Of a DNA stretch of 64,000 nt, positions 41,846-56,956 are shown piece by piece. This DNA is from Octopus vulgaris (lineage: Eukaryota). The stretch is taken from the NCBI GenBank assembly GCA_951406725.2, contig OX597815.1, positions 100,006,001 to 100,070,000 of the forward strand, written 5' to 3'. Position numbers and translations under genes: made by a program. The notes under the pieces were generated by a model, which saw nothing but the letters and a program-made list of their open reading frames with translations, had not been told where the DNA came from and did no database searches. The number at the start of each line of letters is the position of its first letter. The first letter of the stretch is position 1.

Positions 41846-41921
41846 CACCTCAGTTTTAGTTTCAATATAAATAACCATATCCTCTACATTATTTATTCCT
41901 TCGATGTAAGTCAATGTGCCA

Positions 41922-41954
<33 letters not shown>

Positions 41955-43689
41955 TTTGTATGCATGTGCATTACACAGAAATTAACATTTAAATGTAGCC
42001 ATAAAGAACCAATCTGGTAACCTCCACAGACAAACGAACCGCAAGAAATAGCAATCAAATGATGATGAAATTACATCATTTTTTGCCGAACTTCAAATTC
42101 ACTATTTTGTCTCAAAACTGAGTTGTTGTAGTTTTTTATCTACTGTTGCATGAAACATGGAAAGGATTCTACATACATGCCGTTATATACATGCATACAC
42201 TCGCAGGTACATACGCAGGGGTTCTATATAGTTTCCAGTAAACAAATTGCACTCGTGATATACTGGTGAAGTTGAGGTTACTGCAGAAGGTGCTACCCCA
42301 AGGTACTACACAGTAGAAATGAACACCTACCAACATAGTTACGAAACGAAATATCTAACTTCATCGTCATTCTTACATGAACGCACGTGCGTTTGTGTAT
42401 ATGTGTAGTAGTGTGTTTATCGTAATCCTATCCCTCTCATCCTCTTTGTTTGCTGTTCGTTCAGTTAAACTAATGTTACGCATATGTATGCGTATATGTG
42501 TATGTGTTCATGTGCGTATACGTGTGTATGCGAATATGTGTTTATGACTGTGCACGTGTTTTCTTTGTCTTTTTTTTTTTCATAATTTGAAATCTATCGG
42601 ATAAAGCTAATTAATCCTTTGGAACGAAGCACTCTGGAAACAGGCAAGTTTATCTGAGGCTATATGTTACAGATTAAAGGAAGTGGATAGCTGCAATCTG
42701 GCTAACCTTTAGCCATTATTCATCTGTATTGATCTTTAACATCGAGGATTATTAAGTCTTTTAAGCACGGAACGCAATCCAAGACAGTTGTTGCCCATTC
42801 ACAACATTCGCAACAACACTGACAAAATCAACATCAACAAGACGTAAACAAAGAATATATGTGTGCGTGTGTATGTGTGTGTGTGTGTGTGTGCGTGCGC
42901 ATATGTTTATATAGGTGTATGCGTGTGTGTATATATATGTATGTATATATATATATACACACACACAATTATATACATATATTTGTATGTGTGTATGCAT
43001 GTATACACACACACACACACACACAAGTAAGTACATGAATGCAAAACAAGGTGGAAAAATAGAACTCGATTACAAAGATAGAGTAATATACTATTTATTA
43101 AAGTCGAAAAAAATCTCCTCAATCTAGTACTCAGAGTTTCACGTTATCGTTTATCGGACAGTTACGTGTCCGTCGAACGGTCATATGAAGCTCTGAGTAA
43201 CTGTCTGTGAAGAATGTTCGGCTCTAATAAATAGGATATATGATGCATGTATGTATGTATTTTTTTAGGTAACGATTTGGAGAAGGGGTACTCTATATAA
43301 ACGTATAGAGTAATTGTTTATTTAAGTCCAAAGGCCAATTACTCTGAAGTTTCCACGGCGAGCAGTCATTTCTTCGAACATGTCTCACTTGGAAAAAAGA
43401 CACTTTACACCACACTGATGGTTGAGATCGAGCGAAAAAAAATGTGTGCATAATGATAGTAGTGGTAACAATAGTAAAAGAGGCAGGAACAAAAACGATA
43501 AAAAATATAGTGATAATGTTAATAATATCAATAATAATAGCAAATATCCAACAAAAGCTACACACGCGCATGTGTATGTGTCCCTGAGTCTCTTAAGGTT
43601 TATTGCACACATCAAGGGAGATAAGAGGTGGAGAGATGAGTAGGGTGGTGTGAGCGAGTGGTAGAGGTATAAGCCCAACTAGTCCCGAA

Positions 43690-44170
43690 AAGCTGAGGCC
43701 ATTATGGCAATGACAAGAAAGTCATAAAAGGAAGACAGTGCGCCTGAAGGCCAAACGCTTGTGTGTCCGTTAGTGCCCCGAGTGCCAATCAGCTGAGTGG
43801 CCCTACTCTGGATATGATGCAGAATATCAGTTTGCATAGTAGCTGCATCGTCCTAAATGTGGAAACCGTATTCCATTGTAGACTCACATGTATCTTGTAG
43901 TGTGTTAGCAGCGGTTCGAAGTTGAAATGTTTTCGGAGCATTGAGAGACGTGCTAGTCATTGAGATACGGTCCTAGATATGGTAAGGATTCACCTTCACC
44001 AGGAGAGATGCTCGGTGATAGTAACACGCAACAATTGGAGCGCTTGTGGGGGTACTAGCTGAGTATTAATCATGTTTAAAACTTGTGTGGAGGGGTGTTT
44101 CCTTGATATGAGTAGTGCTTGAGTGTTTTTTGCTGTTAAAAGAGACGGTTGAATTTGGAACCGTTAATTT
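43690..44170 (-). mobile_element. Highly degenerate APE-type (Jockey/CR1-like) LINE RT C-terminal remnant
   Basis: KTLKHYS/KTQALLISRK-like and LSMLRKHFNFEPLLTHYK segments resemble the post-RT LYK..VRP.MEY region. Confidence 0.4.
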
Positions 44171-44306
44171 GGAATTGATTAACAGAAAATATGAGTATTT
44201 TTTCATATCGTGACACTGTATCCTTCTGGCATTGGTGGCGTCTACTACAAAATTTAATTTGATCCTACTACATCAGTGAGACCCCTCGTCTGTTGGCTGC
44301 ACCAGA

Positions 44307-44650
44307 GAGACACTCATGAATTATACAATATTTCTACTGGAGCCTACACTAATAAAACACAAATTAATTATACATTCCCTCGTTTACTCACTGCAGTAAT
44401 GAAATACTCGTAAATTATATAGATTTTTCTGCTACTGCCTACACCAGTCAAACACACCTTGATTGCATACACACTCCCTCGCATGTTGGCTTACCGTATA
44501 ATTCACGAATGAAACACTCGTGAATTATATAGTGCTTCTACAGTCTACACTTATGAAAAGTTTCTCAATTACAAAAATTTCACAAACATCCTACACAAAT
44601 GAGACACTTGTGAATTATAGTCAATGCTGTCTACAACCACTGAAACACTT
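44307..44650. repeat. Diverged ~90-110-bp periodic repeat with a conserved GARACACTCGTGAATTATA motif
   Basis: Motif variants at 44307, 44401, 44511 and 44601. Confidence 0.7.
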
Positions 44651-44972
44651 AGGTTTGTAGTAATACAATCCATGTAGGATTTGTGTAGATGTTAGAGAAA
44701 ATGGATGCAGCTGGTGCTACTCTGGTTGCCGTGCTTGTTGTTTTGATGTTGTTGGTAACTGTGTCGGTACTGGTTGTTGCATGACGCAGTCAAACTAAAA
44801 AATCCGATTGACAATTCTTAATCTATGCAGAAGATTAACGTAAGAAGAAAAATGAAAATAAAGCAAAATAACTTATTCTGATGGAAACTGAAACCGGAGA
44901 CTGAAGATATCAATTCTATTCCCTCTCTGCTTTTCAAATACATTTGTATGTATTTTCTTAGCTAGCTATTTA

Positions 44973-45026
<54 letters not shown>

Positions 45027-45789
45027 TGTCTGTCTATGTGTCGTGTCTGTGTGTGATGAAAACAACAACCTGTTTCTCTTTCACCTGGATTGTAAAAATA
45101 ACACAAAGCCCTTTAATAAATTCCGCTCTTATTGAATCATGAAAATTATTATTATTATCATCATCATTATCATCATCATCATTATTTACTGCTAGACTAC
45201 ACTGGTTGTTTTCTTATCGTTCGTAAAGGCTATGGATTTACCAAAGAAACTACACGGGAAAATACTTGGGATTTTGCCCATACAGAGTCTAGACGAAAGA
45301 CATCTCTTCTCAGATTTTATGTCATTTTTCTTTGTTTTGAGTACACGCATATATAACATGGTGACGAATAGCGCCCATGAGATCAAGAGCCGTAGAGACG
45401 AACGCCTTTTCACTAAAATGAATGCCTTTAATTGCAAAAAACAAAACGCACAGAGAAATATTTCGCAACAAAATACATGCCTTTAGTAAACAGAAACTTC
45501 TTCTCTACAGAATAGCATTGTCGGAAAGAGTCCTAGAAAATCACCAGGCAAAACAGCAACAATGAAATCAATACTGACTTATACACACAAGCTTTGCTAC
45601 ATGAAAATCACGAAAGAAATTTTAATAGAGTAAAAATGTTCTCTTTTGCCCACAATTTCAAGTAGAAGAACTATAATCATGCAACATTTGAACAAAACAG
45701 AAAGTGCATGACAGCATTATTTACCCCAAAACGAGCGGGTTTTGCCCAAAAATGTCGAACATACAGTAGAATGTAAAAAGCAGACTTAC

Positions 45790-46617
45790 TTTTACATTCA
45801 CAAGACTATGGGTACTTTCTTTGTGGCCTCCCAATGAACGATGTAGGCAGACTTTACAAAACCAAGTGCACCAATTATTATTGGTATGAATGAAAACTTG
45901 TAATCTAGATATCGAAGCTGAAGATTTCTAAGCAGTTTTCCATAGCTATCCTCTTTATTTCTTTTTATTTATTTCTTTTTCAAAGTGATATTCACATCAG
46001 CATGACAGTTGTCTTCTACAACGTACATACTGTGTTATGTCTGTCCCAAACAACAATGTCCGGCCTGTTATGCTTACACTTGACCGATGTTTTGATAGAA
46101 ATGTTTCACTAGTTCTTTGTGCTGATGTTTGTGTACGTATTCAATAATAGGGAATTCTCTATATTTGTTCCAGGATAGTCTTTTTTCCGAATGTCATTGC
46201 GTATTGTTTTTGCAACAACACCATATCGCATGAGGGCAGTAGTGCCTTGATGACATTTTCGGGCAGCTGCTAATAACATATGTGATGTCTTTCACAGACA
46301 TAATTTTTGTTTGCATCTTTTGTTGATTAGGTATTTAGCAGCAATCTCTTGTTCTTGGATTGCAAATGCTTAGCCTTCCATGTGTGATATGATGTAACGA
46401 TCATGAGTTCAAGAGAGGCTTCACTTCATATCAATATTGCTGTTTTCTTCAAGTCTTCGGGAGACATACTCATGCATGTCTTTTTTTTTTATTTGATTTG
46501 GTATGCTGAGTGTTTCACGTCCAGATCTTTGAGATATGTTAGTCCGGCTTTATGGGAGTTGTGTGGGAGGTCATCAGGAAGAGAGTGATTCCTGAGGAGC
46601 TCGCTGCCAACAAGTAA
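45790..46617 (-). mobile_element. Degenerate 3' part of another RLE-type LINE
   Basis: AFAIQEQEIAAKYL, DITYVISSCPKMS, MRYGVVAKTI (RHD position), NISIKTSVKCKHNRPDIVVWDR; the 5' break abuts (TATG)n. Confidence 0.8.
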
Positions 46618-47407
46618 GATGTATGTATGTATGTATGTATGTATGTATGTATGTATGTATGTATGTATGTATGTATGTATGTATGTAGGATGTATGTACG
46701 TAGGTACGTATGTACGTATGTGTGTATGTATATAAGATGTATGTATGTATACAGTTAGATGATACAGTACATATGAAGAATGTCCAACCAAGGTACATTT
46801 AGGTCGATGATAGCATTCGGTTATATTACCCACAGGGCTTGTCTAGTTTTTCTGTTATGCGTTGAGATAAAAATATGAAGTTAAATTTAAGCAGATTCGA
46901 ACTCACTAACCTAACAACAGAATTTACAATTTCCTTCCACGCATTATGGAGAAGAAGGGAAGTGAATTTAATCAAGTTCAGTACATCACAGTTCCTAGCT
47001 GAAAACTTATTGTGTGATTTGGGGAGATTTTATCAACCACAGCGAAAATTGTATGTAGAATGTAAAGAGACGTAAATAACTCACTCTGAGAATCTGCTCT
47101 TCCCCCATTCTCAGAAAACTTTGCTGTCAAATTTGTGCCACAAATAGAATGTACAATGTATAATGGATGCTCATGAGATATGTATGCGTGTGCGTGTAGG
47201 TGTGTGTGTATGTATGCATGTATGTATGTATATTTGTATGTATGTATGCATGGATGTATATTCGTATGTATGTATGTATATTTGTATGCATGTGTGTATG
47301 CATATATGTATCCATGCATGCATGTATGTATGTATGCATATATGTATGTATATTTGTATGCATGTATATATGTATTCACACATGCATGCAAGTATGTATG
47401 TATGTAC

Positions 47408-47438
<31 letters not shown>

Positions 47439-47932
47439 TGCATGCATGCAGGTAAGTATATGTGGATGTACTTAAGTATATCAGTCGTTGAAGAATGACA
47501 AACAAAACATCAAAAGAAAGAGATTTATGTGCGCATCATTTCCTCAAAAGAGTAAACGTAAGCATTCCTTGATATATATGTGTGTGTGTGTGTGTGTATG
47601 TGTGTATGTGTGTGTGTGTGTGTATTTATATACATATACACACATTCATACAGCTATACATATATGTGTGCATATGTTTGTATTGTTAGTCTTGTATGTC
47701 ACGTTTGTATGGGTTTTTTTTAATATTGTAAAAAGAAAATGGTCAGTGGTCACTCAAAGAAATGACAGATTTCGCGGTATGCTTCTGTTTATATAATACA
47801 GTATTTATGTTTTATATCTAGAAACTACAGTGTTCTCTTCGATATTCCATATATAAAAGAAAAAATTCAATCTGCATAACCTGTCAATCACTAAAGTTTG
47901 TGACATGCTTGGAAAGCAATCGCATATATATG

Positions 47933-48007
<75 letters not shown>

Positions 48008-48460
48008 GTGATGAACACTTAATAGAGTATTCATGTATAGGTGGATGTCAGTTAGCTGTATATTTTCAATAGTAATTTGATTGAAAACAATATATGTGTT
48101 GTTGAGATAACAGGCGAAAACTATGCTTTTGTTTCCTTTTGAAGCATGAAACATCAGTATAAAAACATTTTTGAAATGCTGTTACCAAATTACGATTATA
48201 TTAAATGTACGTATATGTACAGGTGTGTAAAGGTGCGTAGAAATATGTACAAATATGAAATGGAATTTATGCATTTCTATATATTACAAGCACATGCATT
48301 TGTAGATGTCCTTTATTCATTACTTTGAGGCCATATCGATTTGTTGCCCTTAGAATAGTATCTTTAATGCATTTTGCGCGGCTTTTGTAAGTGCCCTGGT
48401 GTTCAGAGTTTATATACTCATCAAAATATATATAAATATGCATACATATATATATATATA

Positions 48461-48733
48461 AAATGGGACAAGAACGCAAAACATCCGGATAGCTAGGTGA
48501 TACAAAAAAAGACAACAAAACATCCAGATAGACAATACAAAGAAAACAAGGACGGGTCATTCGACGTTTTCCTCAGTCAAGCACCAGATTATCCTCGCAA
48601 TTTCGGCTGATTATTCTTGAGATTGCTCCAATCTGGCCAGCTCCAAGAAAATCTAAGCTAAGAGCATTATATTCCTTGGAAGAAAGCAACGAATGTATAC
48701 AAAGGCAAGGACGGAAAAAACGGATAATGTTAC

Positions 48734-48740
<7 letters not shown>
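48461..48740. repeat. (TA)n-flanked interspersed repeat of unknown class
   Basis: Bounded by TA tracts; a piece (tcagccgaaattgc.aggat) recurs inverted at ~54531-54550. Confidence 0.5.
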
Positions 48741-48819
<79 letters not shown>

Positions 48820-49499
48820 AGGGGAATAAGTTCAAAGAACAATTCAAACTTTTTGGGAGGTCCAAAAAGAGAGAAAAGAAAGAAAGAATGATTTCAAATA
48901 AAGATTCACCATACTCATAAAAAAACAGCCAGAGCAAGTAGTAAGAATATGAAAATAGTAGTTGAAAAATATCGTTATAGGTATAAATATACCATAAAAT
49001 TATAGAAAAATGGAGGAGAAAAAAATGTTGCATCAAAATTAGATTTAATACAAAGTAAGATTCAATGCATACGCGCGTTTCAAAGAACAATACAAATATG
49101 TAAGAAAAAATTATAATCATAGTAATTATAATTAAATTTATGCATTGTCATTCTCATCAGTGTGAAGAACTTTTGGAAGGACATCAAAAAAGGTTTAATA
49201 AAATAAAGTAAAGTAAGATACAATAAGGGAGAATATGAAAGGGGTAATAGGGAAAAATCAGATATTTACAAGCAAATTGTAAAAGGAAAAAATAAAAGTA
49301 ATAATAATAGTGAGAGAGACGAAAGAGAAAAAAGACAGACAAATCAATGTGTGTACACGTCTATAATTGCAGTAAACTATAACATAAAAATAAAAATAAA
49401 AATCTAACGGATATGTTTAAAAAATGGTAACAGGTCGTGACGAAGTGTAATGTAAACAGGGCCACATTTACATCTATGTCTAGAGACAGATAAGTCTTT

Positions 49500-49625
49500 G
49501 TGAGTGCAATACTTGAATGCATGCAAACAGTTCTCCCAGGTATGCAATTTTGCACTTGCTGTTGTTTTGCAAGAGGCCTCTGATGTTCATCAGTAGAATT
49601 GGTGTGATGGACGACTCGGCTGCAG
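49500..49625 (-). mobile_element. N-terminal remnant of a LINE APE endonuclease
   Basis: ITPILLMNIRGLLQNNSKCKIAYLGELF matches the NIRGL start motif of APE domains. Confidence 0.6.
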
Positions 49626-50095
49626 TGGTGGTCATCCTGAGTCCATTACTTGTGGCGGTCTTGTGTGTGGGTGTACATGGCTTAATTTCGTTTGTAGCCG
49701 TGATAACTGTTGCGTTATCGTTTGTGCGATATACTAGAACTAACCTCCTGGCAGGACTTCCGCTGCAGAATGTTCTAGTTCGAAGATTACATATATAGTT
49801 CGGCGCAAATTATATAATATCTTTCACGAGCTAGCAGTCGGAAACAGGTGAATGAACCGAAAAATAGACATTTTATAACCAACCGAATGGAATATTCTTA
49901 GGAGAAAAAAAACAACGTGCTCAACGTGAAAATGGCTTCCTCTGGTTGCATATACTCAAACAGAAACACAAGAACTACACTCGATACTTTACATAAACAC
50001 CTTCAGCGAGGAAATTTTCGCCGCCAGTGCTGTACAAATGTTTGCATAAATAATGAAGTATGCGAGCTATGACATATGTGTGTATGTGTGTATGT

Positions 50096-50127
<32 letters not shown>

Positions 50128-50226
50128 GAGACAGAAAGTGCGAGGAAGAGAGAATATTTTTACAGAGACAATTGAGGAACGGAGAAACTGATAATGACAT
50201 AAACAGATTGATGCCTAGAGGAAAAG

Positions 50227-51265
<1,039 letters not shown>

Positions 51266-51309
51266 CAGACAGACTACAGACAGACAGACAGACAGACAGA
51301 CAGATAGAC

Positions 51310-51378
<69 letters not shown>

Positions 51379-51567
51379 TACTGGTTTTGAGGACAAATGT
51401 AAACAAATAAATACGAAACAATATAATATAACGAAACAGAGAATGGTAGTTAATACAAATATATGTGTATGAATGTGTGATTAAGAGGAAACATACATGT
51501 ATCTATGTATATCTATATACTTGTATGTATAAATATACATATACATATATATATATGCACGCAGACA

Positions 51568-51638
<71 letters not shown>

Positions 51639-52590
51639 GTGTGTGTATATATATCACAAGCCATAAACATAAGTATATATTGGCTGCTGAGTTAAGGGAA
51701 AAATTTTGGAATGCTAAATAATACGTTTGCAGGCCAAATATATAAATGGATGCGATAAAATAAACAACGTAACATATAAACCTATGTACAAAAACACCTA
51801 AATAAAGATATATACATAAATATATAAATATATATTTAACGTTAGGACGTATTTACACTAGGATCAGCGACTGCTCACTTATACTTGGTGTCATTTTAAC
51901 AACATTGATTCCTGATTTTACCTAATGCGTTTTGACATAAAACTAATAATTTGGGCTGTAACAACATTTCATTCAACATCCTATAATTTTTTGCCCTTCT
52001 ATTGTATACACACAAGCACGCACACACGCATAAAGACATACATACGTACATACACACATACGTACATATATACAAGAGGGTGGATATATATGATTTTTTG
52101 TATGTATAGATGCATGTTTATAGATATGTATACAAACATACATATATTTATTTGTATATGTAAACATGTATATATGTATATAAATATATTTATATTAATA
52201 TATACACGCTGTCCAAAATATGCATACATACATGCACAGACTCACAACACATATGCACATACATATCTGTATATGCGTATGCTTGTGCGGGAAAATGTGT
52301 GTGTGTGTGTGTGTGTGTGTGTATAGATATACTTAAATACACATAAATATATTTGTATACATGTATACAAATATGTGCACGCGCATATATACATATGCAT
52401 GTACACATATTCATATAGAGACATGTATGTGTTGATGTATAATTTTATGTGTTTATATAAATATATAAACATATATATATGTATATGTATATATATATAA
52501 ACATATATATATGCATATATATATATGAACATATATATATGCATATATATACATATATATTTACATATATATACATATTTATATATATAT

Positions 52591-52659
<69 letters not shown>

Positions 52660-52712
52660 TATATATACATATATATATACATATGTACACAAATATATGC
52701 ATATATATATAC

Positions 52713-52786
<74 letters not shown>

Positions 52787-53129
52787 GTAGATAGATGTGT
52801 TTATATATGTATATGCATATGAATGTGTGATGTGCGTGTGTGTATCGTGTGTGCGTATGTGTATGTAATTTTAGGAATTGCTTTTTAATCGATAGGTTTC
52901 CCAAAGTCAGCCTCGTTATATATTTCTCTGTGTCTCCGTTACTGATTGTCTCGTGTTATCAGGTAAACCCTTCCGGCTATCTTCTCCACCACCGCCACAA
53001 CGTTCACCATCCCAACTATAACAACCACTACAATCATCATCTCTGCCATCACTAACACGAGTATCAAAACCACAGTCAAATTGAACTCACTTATAAAGTC
53101 ATAATTCATGTATAGAAAGATATGTCTAA

Positions 53130-53585
53130 TATTGGTTTCAAATCTTTGGCACAAGGCCAGCAATTTCGGGATAGATAATAAGATGATTATATCGACCCCA
53201 GTGCTCAGCTGGTACTTATTTTATCGACTCCGAAAGGATGAAAAACAAAAGTCAACCTCGATGGAAATTGAACACAAAACGTATTAAGGGACGAATTGCC
53301 GCTAAGCATTTTGCCCGGCATGCTAACGATTATGCCAGTCGCCGCCTTATGTCTAGGTATGATATCGCGTTCACATTTTGGCACAAGGCCAGCAATTTCA
53401 GAGAAGTGAAGGTGTAAGTCGATTACATCGACTCCAGAGTACAACTGGTGCTTATTTTATCGAATCCGAAAGAATGAAACGCAAAGTCGACCTCAGCGGA
53501 ATTTCAACTCAGAATGTAAAGACGGACGAAATACGGCTGAGCATTTTGCCCAGCGTGCAAACGATTCTACCAGCTCGCCGCTTTA
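53130..53585 (-). mobile_element. Two adjacent SINE family A copies
   Basis: ggcacaaggccagcaattt...gtcgacctc...gccgcc at ~53130-53350 and ~53370-53585. Confidence 0.85.
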
Positions 53586-53779
53586 CGTCCACGTATGATA
53601 TTGATATGTATTCTATGCGTGTGTGCGTGTGCGCGTGTGTGCGTGTGCACGTGTGTATGTGTATGTATATACACACACACGCATATATATATATAAATAT
53701 ATATATATATTGGTAAAAACGGTGAGATTACAAAAAAAAGAAAGAGACATCAATATTATGTAAATAGAGGAATTTATCA

Positions 53780-53872
53780 GTAAAATAATATGTGACAATT
53801 ATTATTCGGTAGCTAAGATACAACTCTTGAGTTTTATCTTGGCTACCGAATAATTGTCACATATTATTTTAC
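53780..53872. repeat. Short fold-back hairpin (~45-bp arms)
   Basis: gtaaaataatatgtgacaatta..ttcggtagc.aagata.aactc pairs with gagtt.tatctt.gctaccgaataattgtcacatattattttac. Confidence 0.9.
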
Positions 53873-53885
53873 AGTTCCGGTCATT

Positions 53886-54085
53886 CAAAATGTGACCGCG
53901 TGTGTACCGTTGGCGATTTTTTTCCTCCATCTTTCCTTCTTTGGATCTTTCCTTTTCCTATGTTTCTGACGAAGAGCACCGCTCGAAACATTAGACCCTC
54001 CTTCTTTCCTGAGCGTCCAATAATACTATACTTGTTCCACGTCCTCGCGTTGTTGTGTTTTCTCTTTGTGTTTTCATGTTTGGAT

Positions 54086-54090
<5 letters not shown>
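53886..54090 (+). mobile_element. Family H1 repeat with an intact hammerhead core
   Basis: 53962-53996: GTTT-CTGACGA-A-GAGC acc GCTC-GAAA-CATT-AGAC; it ends in (TA)n. Confidence 0.8.
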
Positions 54091-54160
<70 letters not shown>

Positions 54161-54464
54161 TATATATATATCTTCTCCGCCACCTCCTTTACTACTACTA
54201 CTTAAACAAAGACAAGAATTCATATCAAACTAGCTGCTGCTAACTACCTAGAACCCACAAGAGTAAAAAAAAAAAGAGAGACATAGACAGGTAGAAAAAA
54301 AGAAAATGTCCCTTGCATTTGAAAACTATGGGAATACATTTTTTTTTTTAAAAACACTTCATTTAATTTTTCCACAATTTAATTTGATTTTCATACTTTA
54401 TTCTCAGTTGAAAAAGTCGTAATGCTCTTTATGATAAAATTATTTTAGCATTTTCTAGCTTGTT

Positions 54465-54504
<40 letters not shown>

Positions 54505-54563
54505 GGTTCTATGTATACATGTATTTATTCTCAGCCGAAATTGCAAGGATGATATATATATAT

Positions 54564-54653
<90 letters not shown>

Positions 54654-54689
54654 CTGGCCAAAAAACCCTTTACACCGTTTTAGCTGAAA

Positions 54690-54960
54690 TGTTTTGCTGA
54701 AGAACACAACGCGATTTTCAGTCCGGGAATCGAAACCATACTCTGGCGATCGTAAATGCAACTCCGTAAACGCTAAGCCACGCGCCTTCAGGTATGTGTG
54801 GACGTAAATATACGACTGGCTTTCACATAATTTTCATCTTCCAAATGCATTGGTCAGTCCAAGGCTATAATAGTAGATACTAGCTTAAGGTGACATGGAA
54901 TGGGACTGAACGCGAAACCAAGAGGTTGTAAAACGAGCTTCTTAACTACAGAGCCGTGGA
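54690..54960 (-). mobile_element. Degenerate SINE C-like head followed by a SINE B copy
   Basis: ccgggaatcgaaacc...ccacgcgcct, then gggactgaac...gcttcttaac. Confidence 0.65.
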
Positions 54961-54979
54961 TTTTTTTTTTGTTTGCTGG

Positions 54980-55380
54980 AGCAGGAGGAATTGAGAGCCC
55001 ATAGCCTTCGCAGCTAACCAAGGTGGGATTAGTGTTGCTAATGATCCGCTTAAACTACTGCAATTTGACACCTTCACAGAAGACATGAATAGAAAATGAA
55101 TTCGAGGTCTATGTTCTCGGGTTGGCGGAGGACGTTGTGGTGTGTATGTACTTGTTGCTGGGGAGCATAGGTGATGAGAGTGGTGGAGAAGTGTGGGTCA
55201 GAGGTGTCCTAGTAAGCACGAAATTAACCAGTTTTGTACAACAGTGGCCATTGTTGTAAAGAAAACAGAGAGAGGTGATACTACGCCCGTGGGCCAGACG
55301 CTGGTAGTGATTTTTACGCCAGTGAGTCTTGTAGCCTTTTTCTAGATTGCTGTTTCTCTTGCAAAGCGAGTTTGACCGAA
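54980..55380 (-). mobile_element. Old Jockey-like LINE 3' remnant
   Basis: QRLAHGRSITSLCFLYNNGHCCTKLVNFV resembles the LAHRR..SL.LFY..G.C..L terminal segment. Confidence 0.4.
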
Positions 55381-55872
55381 CTATTTCATTCCGCCTATGG
55401 TCTTATTTATTTATTTTAATATTGTTTATGTTGCTTTTTATGTGGTTACTCATTTTTATTGTTATTGTTATTTTCCTAAAAGAAGCAAAACACAGTTTTG
55501 TTTCCAAGTCTTCATAGAAAATATTTTCTATTGGTCATGACAGTTTTTCTCAGTTTCCTTGCTGTTTAGATACATTTCTTTTAACAACACTAATTGATTA
55601 CAAATAAAGTGTTTTCTAATATAATTTCTACAGTAATGAAGCGGAGTCAACTATTAATAAGAGACAAAAAAAGAAGAGATCTGTTAGAATTAGAATTAAT
55701 GAAATAACACCTTTAAAACATTCTTTCACTGCTCTTCCACTCACTGTTTCTATAAAACTATTTCAGTGCCTGAATAGTTTTGCAGTTGCTTTTGTTGTTG
55801 TTTCTGTTTTGTTTTTGTCTTGTTTTCTATTTCGTCATAAATCTTCCTTACTTTCTCAGTCAGAATTTTGTT

Positions 55873-55931
<59 letters not shown>

Positions 55932-56078
55932 TATCTCTGTCGCTCTCTGTCTGTCATCATCTATCTTTTCCCTCTAGCCTCATCTAGTTTTCCTCTGCTA
56001 CTTTAGCCTTAACTCTCTCTTTTCCTGTAGCTTTTATCTCACTCTCTGTCTCTTCACTCCACACACACTAACACACAT

Positions 56079-56141
<63 letters not shown>

Positions 56142-56865
56142 CTCTCTTCCTCTCTATCTCTATCTTTCTCTCACTCTTTTATTTCTTTTACTCCGAGGAA
56201 AATTACTGTATTTGAAGCCGAGAGGCTAATGACTTTGCTTAATTAGTTTTGTAAAGACTAGTATTTAACGAAGACAGCATTAATGAAGCGTACAAACCTA
56301 AAATTTGCTTCTACACCATAATCAGGGAAATTACGCTAAGTAGAGTCGAAAATATAAAGACCAGTTGAAGAATTGTTGTTTCTCTAAAGAATTCTTTGCT
56401 AAAAACGACCTCGTTTAAGTTAACTTTAACTATGCTGCATCTCAAACAAAATACCTGTTTTCTCTGAGTTAGATGTCAAGTTAAATTAGTTATTTTTAGT
56501 TAACGGAAAAACAAACTTCATTGAGAAATGTTGTCTAGTAATGATTCTATTGTGAGTTGTGTAGCATTCTTTGATATTGTATATTTTTAATAGCTTGTCC
56601 TGAAGAAGAAGCTATGAGCTACTTTATCATCCAACAGACCGAGGTTCCTATCACCAACCGCCTTCCAGCAGGGATTACTCCCGGATATGGAAGTGTAAAA
56701 GCTGAAACACAACAGAAAGACGCAATCAAGTTACTCAATTTCATGTACAGAGTTATTCTTACGTTCTCAAATTATATTGTGCGCAGACATATTTGCAGGC
56801 AAAATCAGTGACTGTACGCGCGCGCACACACACGCAAACACACACACTCAAACACACACACATAT

Positions 56866-56956
<91 letters not shown>

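Noticed and set aside
48590-48630. Minus-strand CTCAAGA...CCGAAATTGC as a hammerhead
   Set aside because: G5 is missing and stem II cannot form.
56596-56725. CTGAAGA...GAAA as a hammerhead
   Set aside because: No UH cleavage site or stem I closure follows the GAAA.
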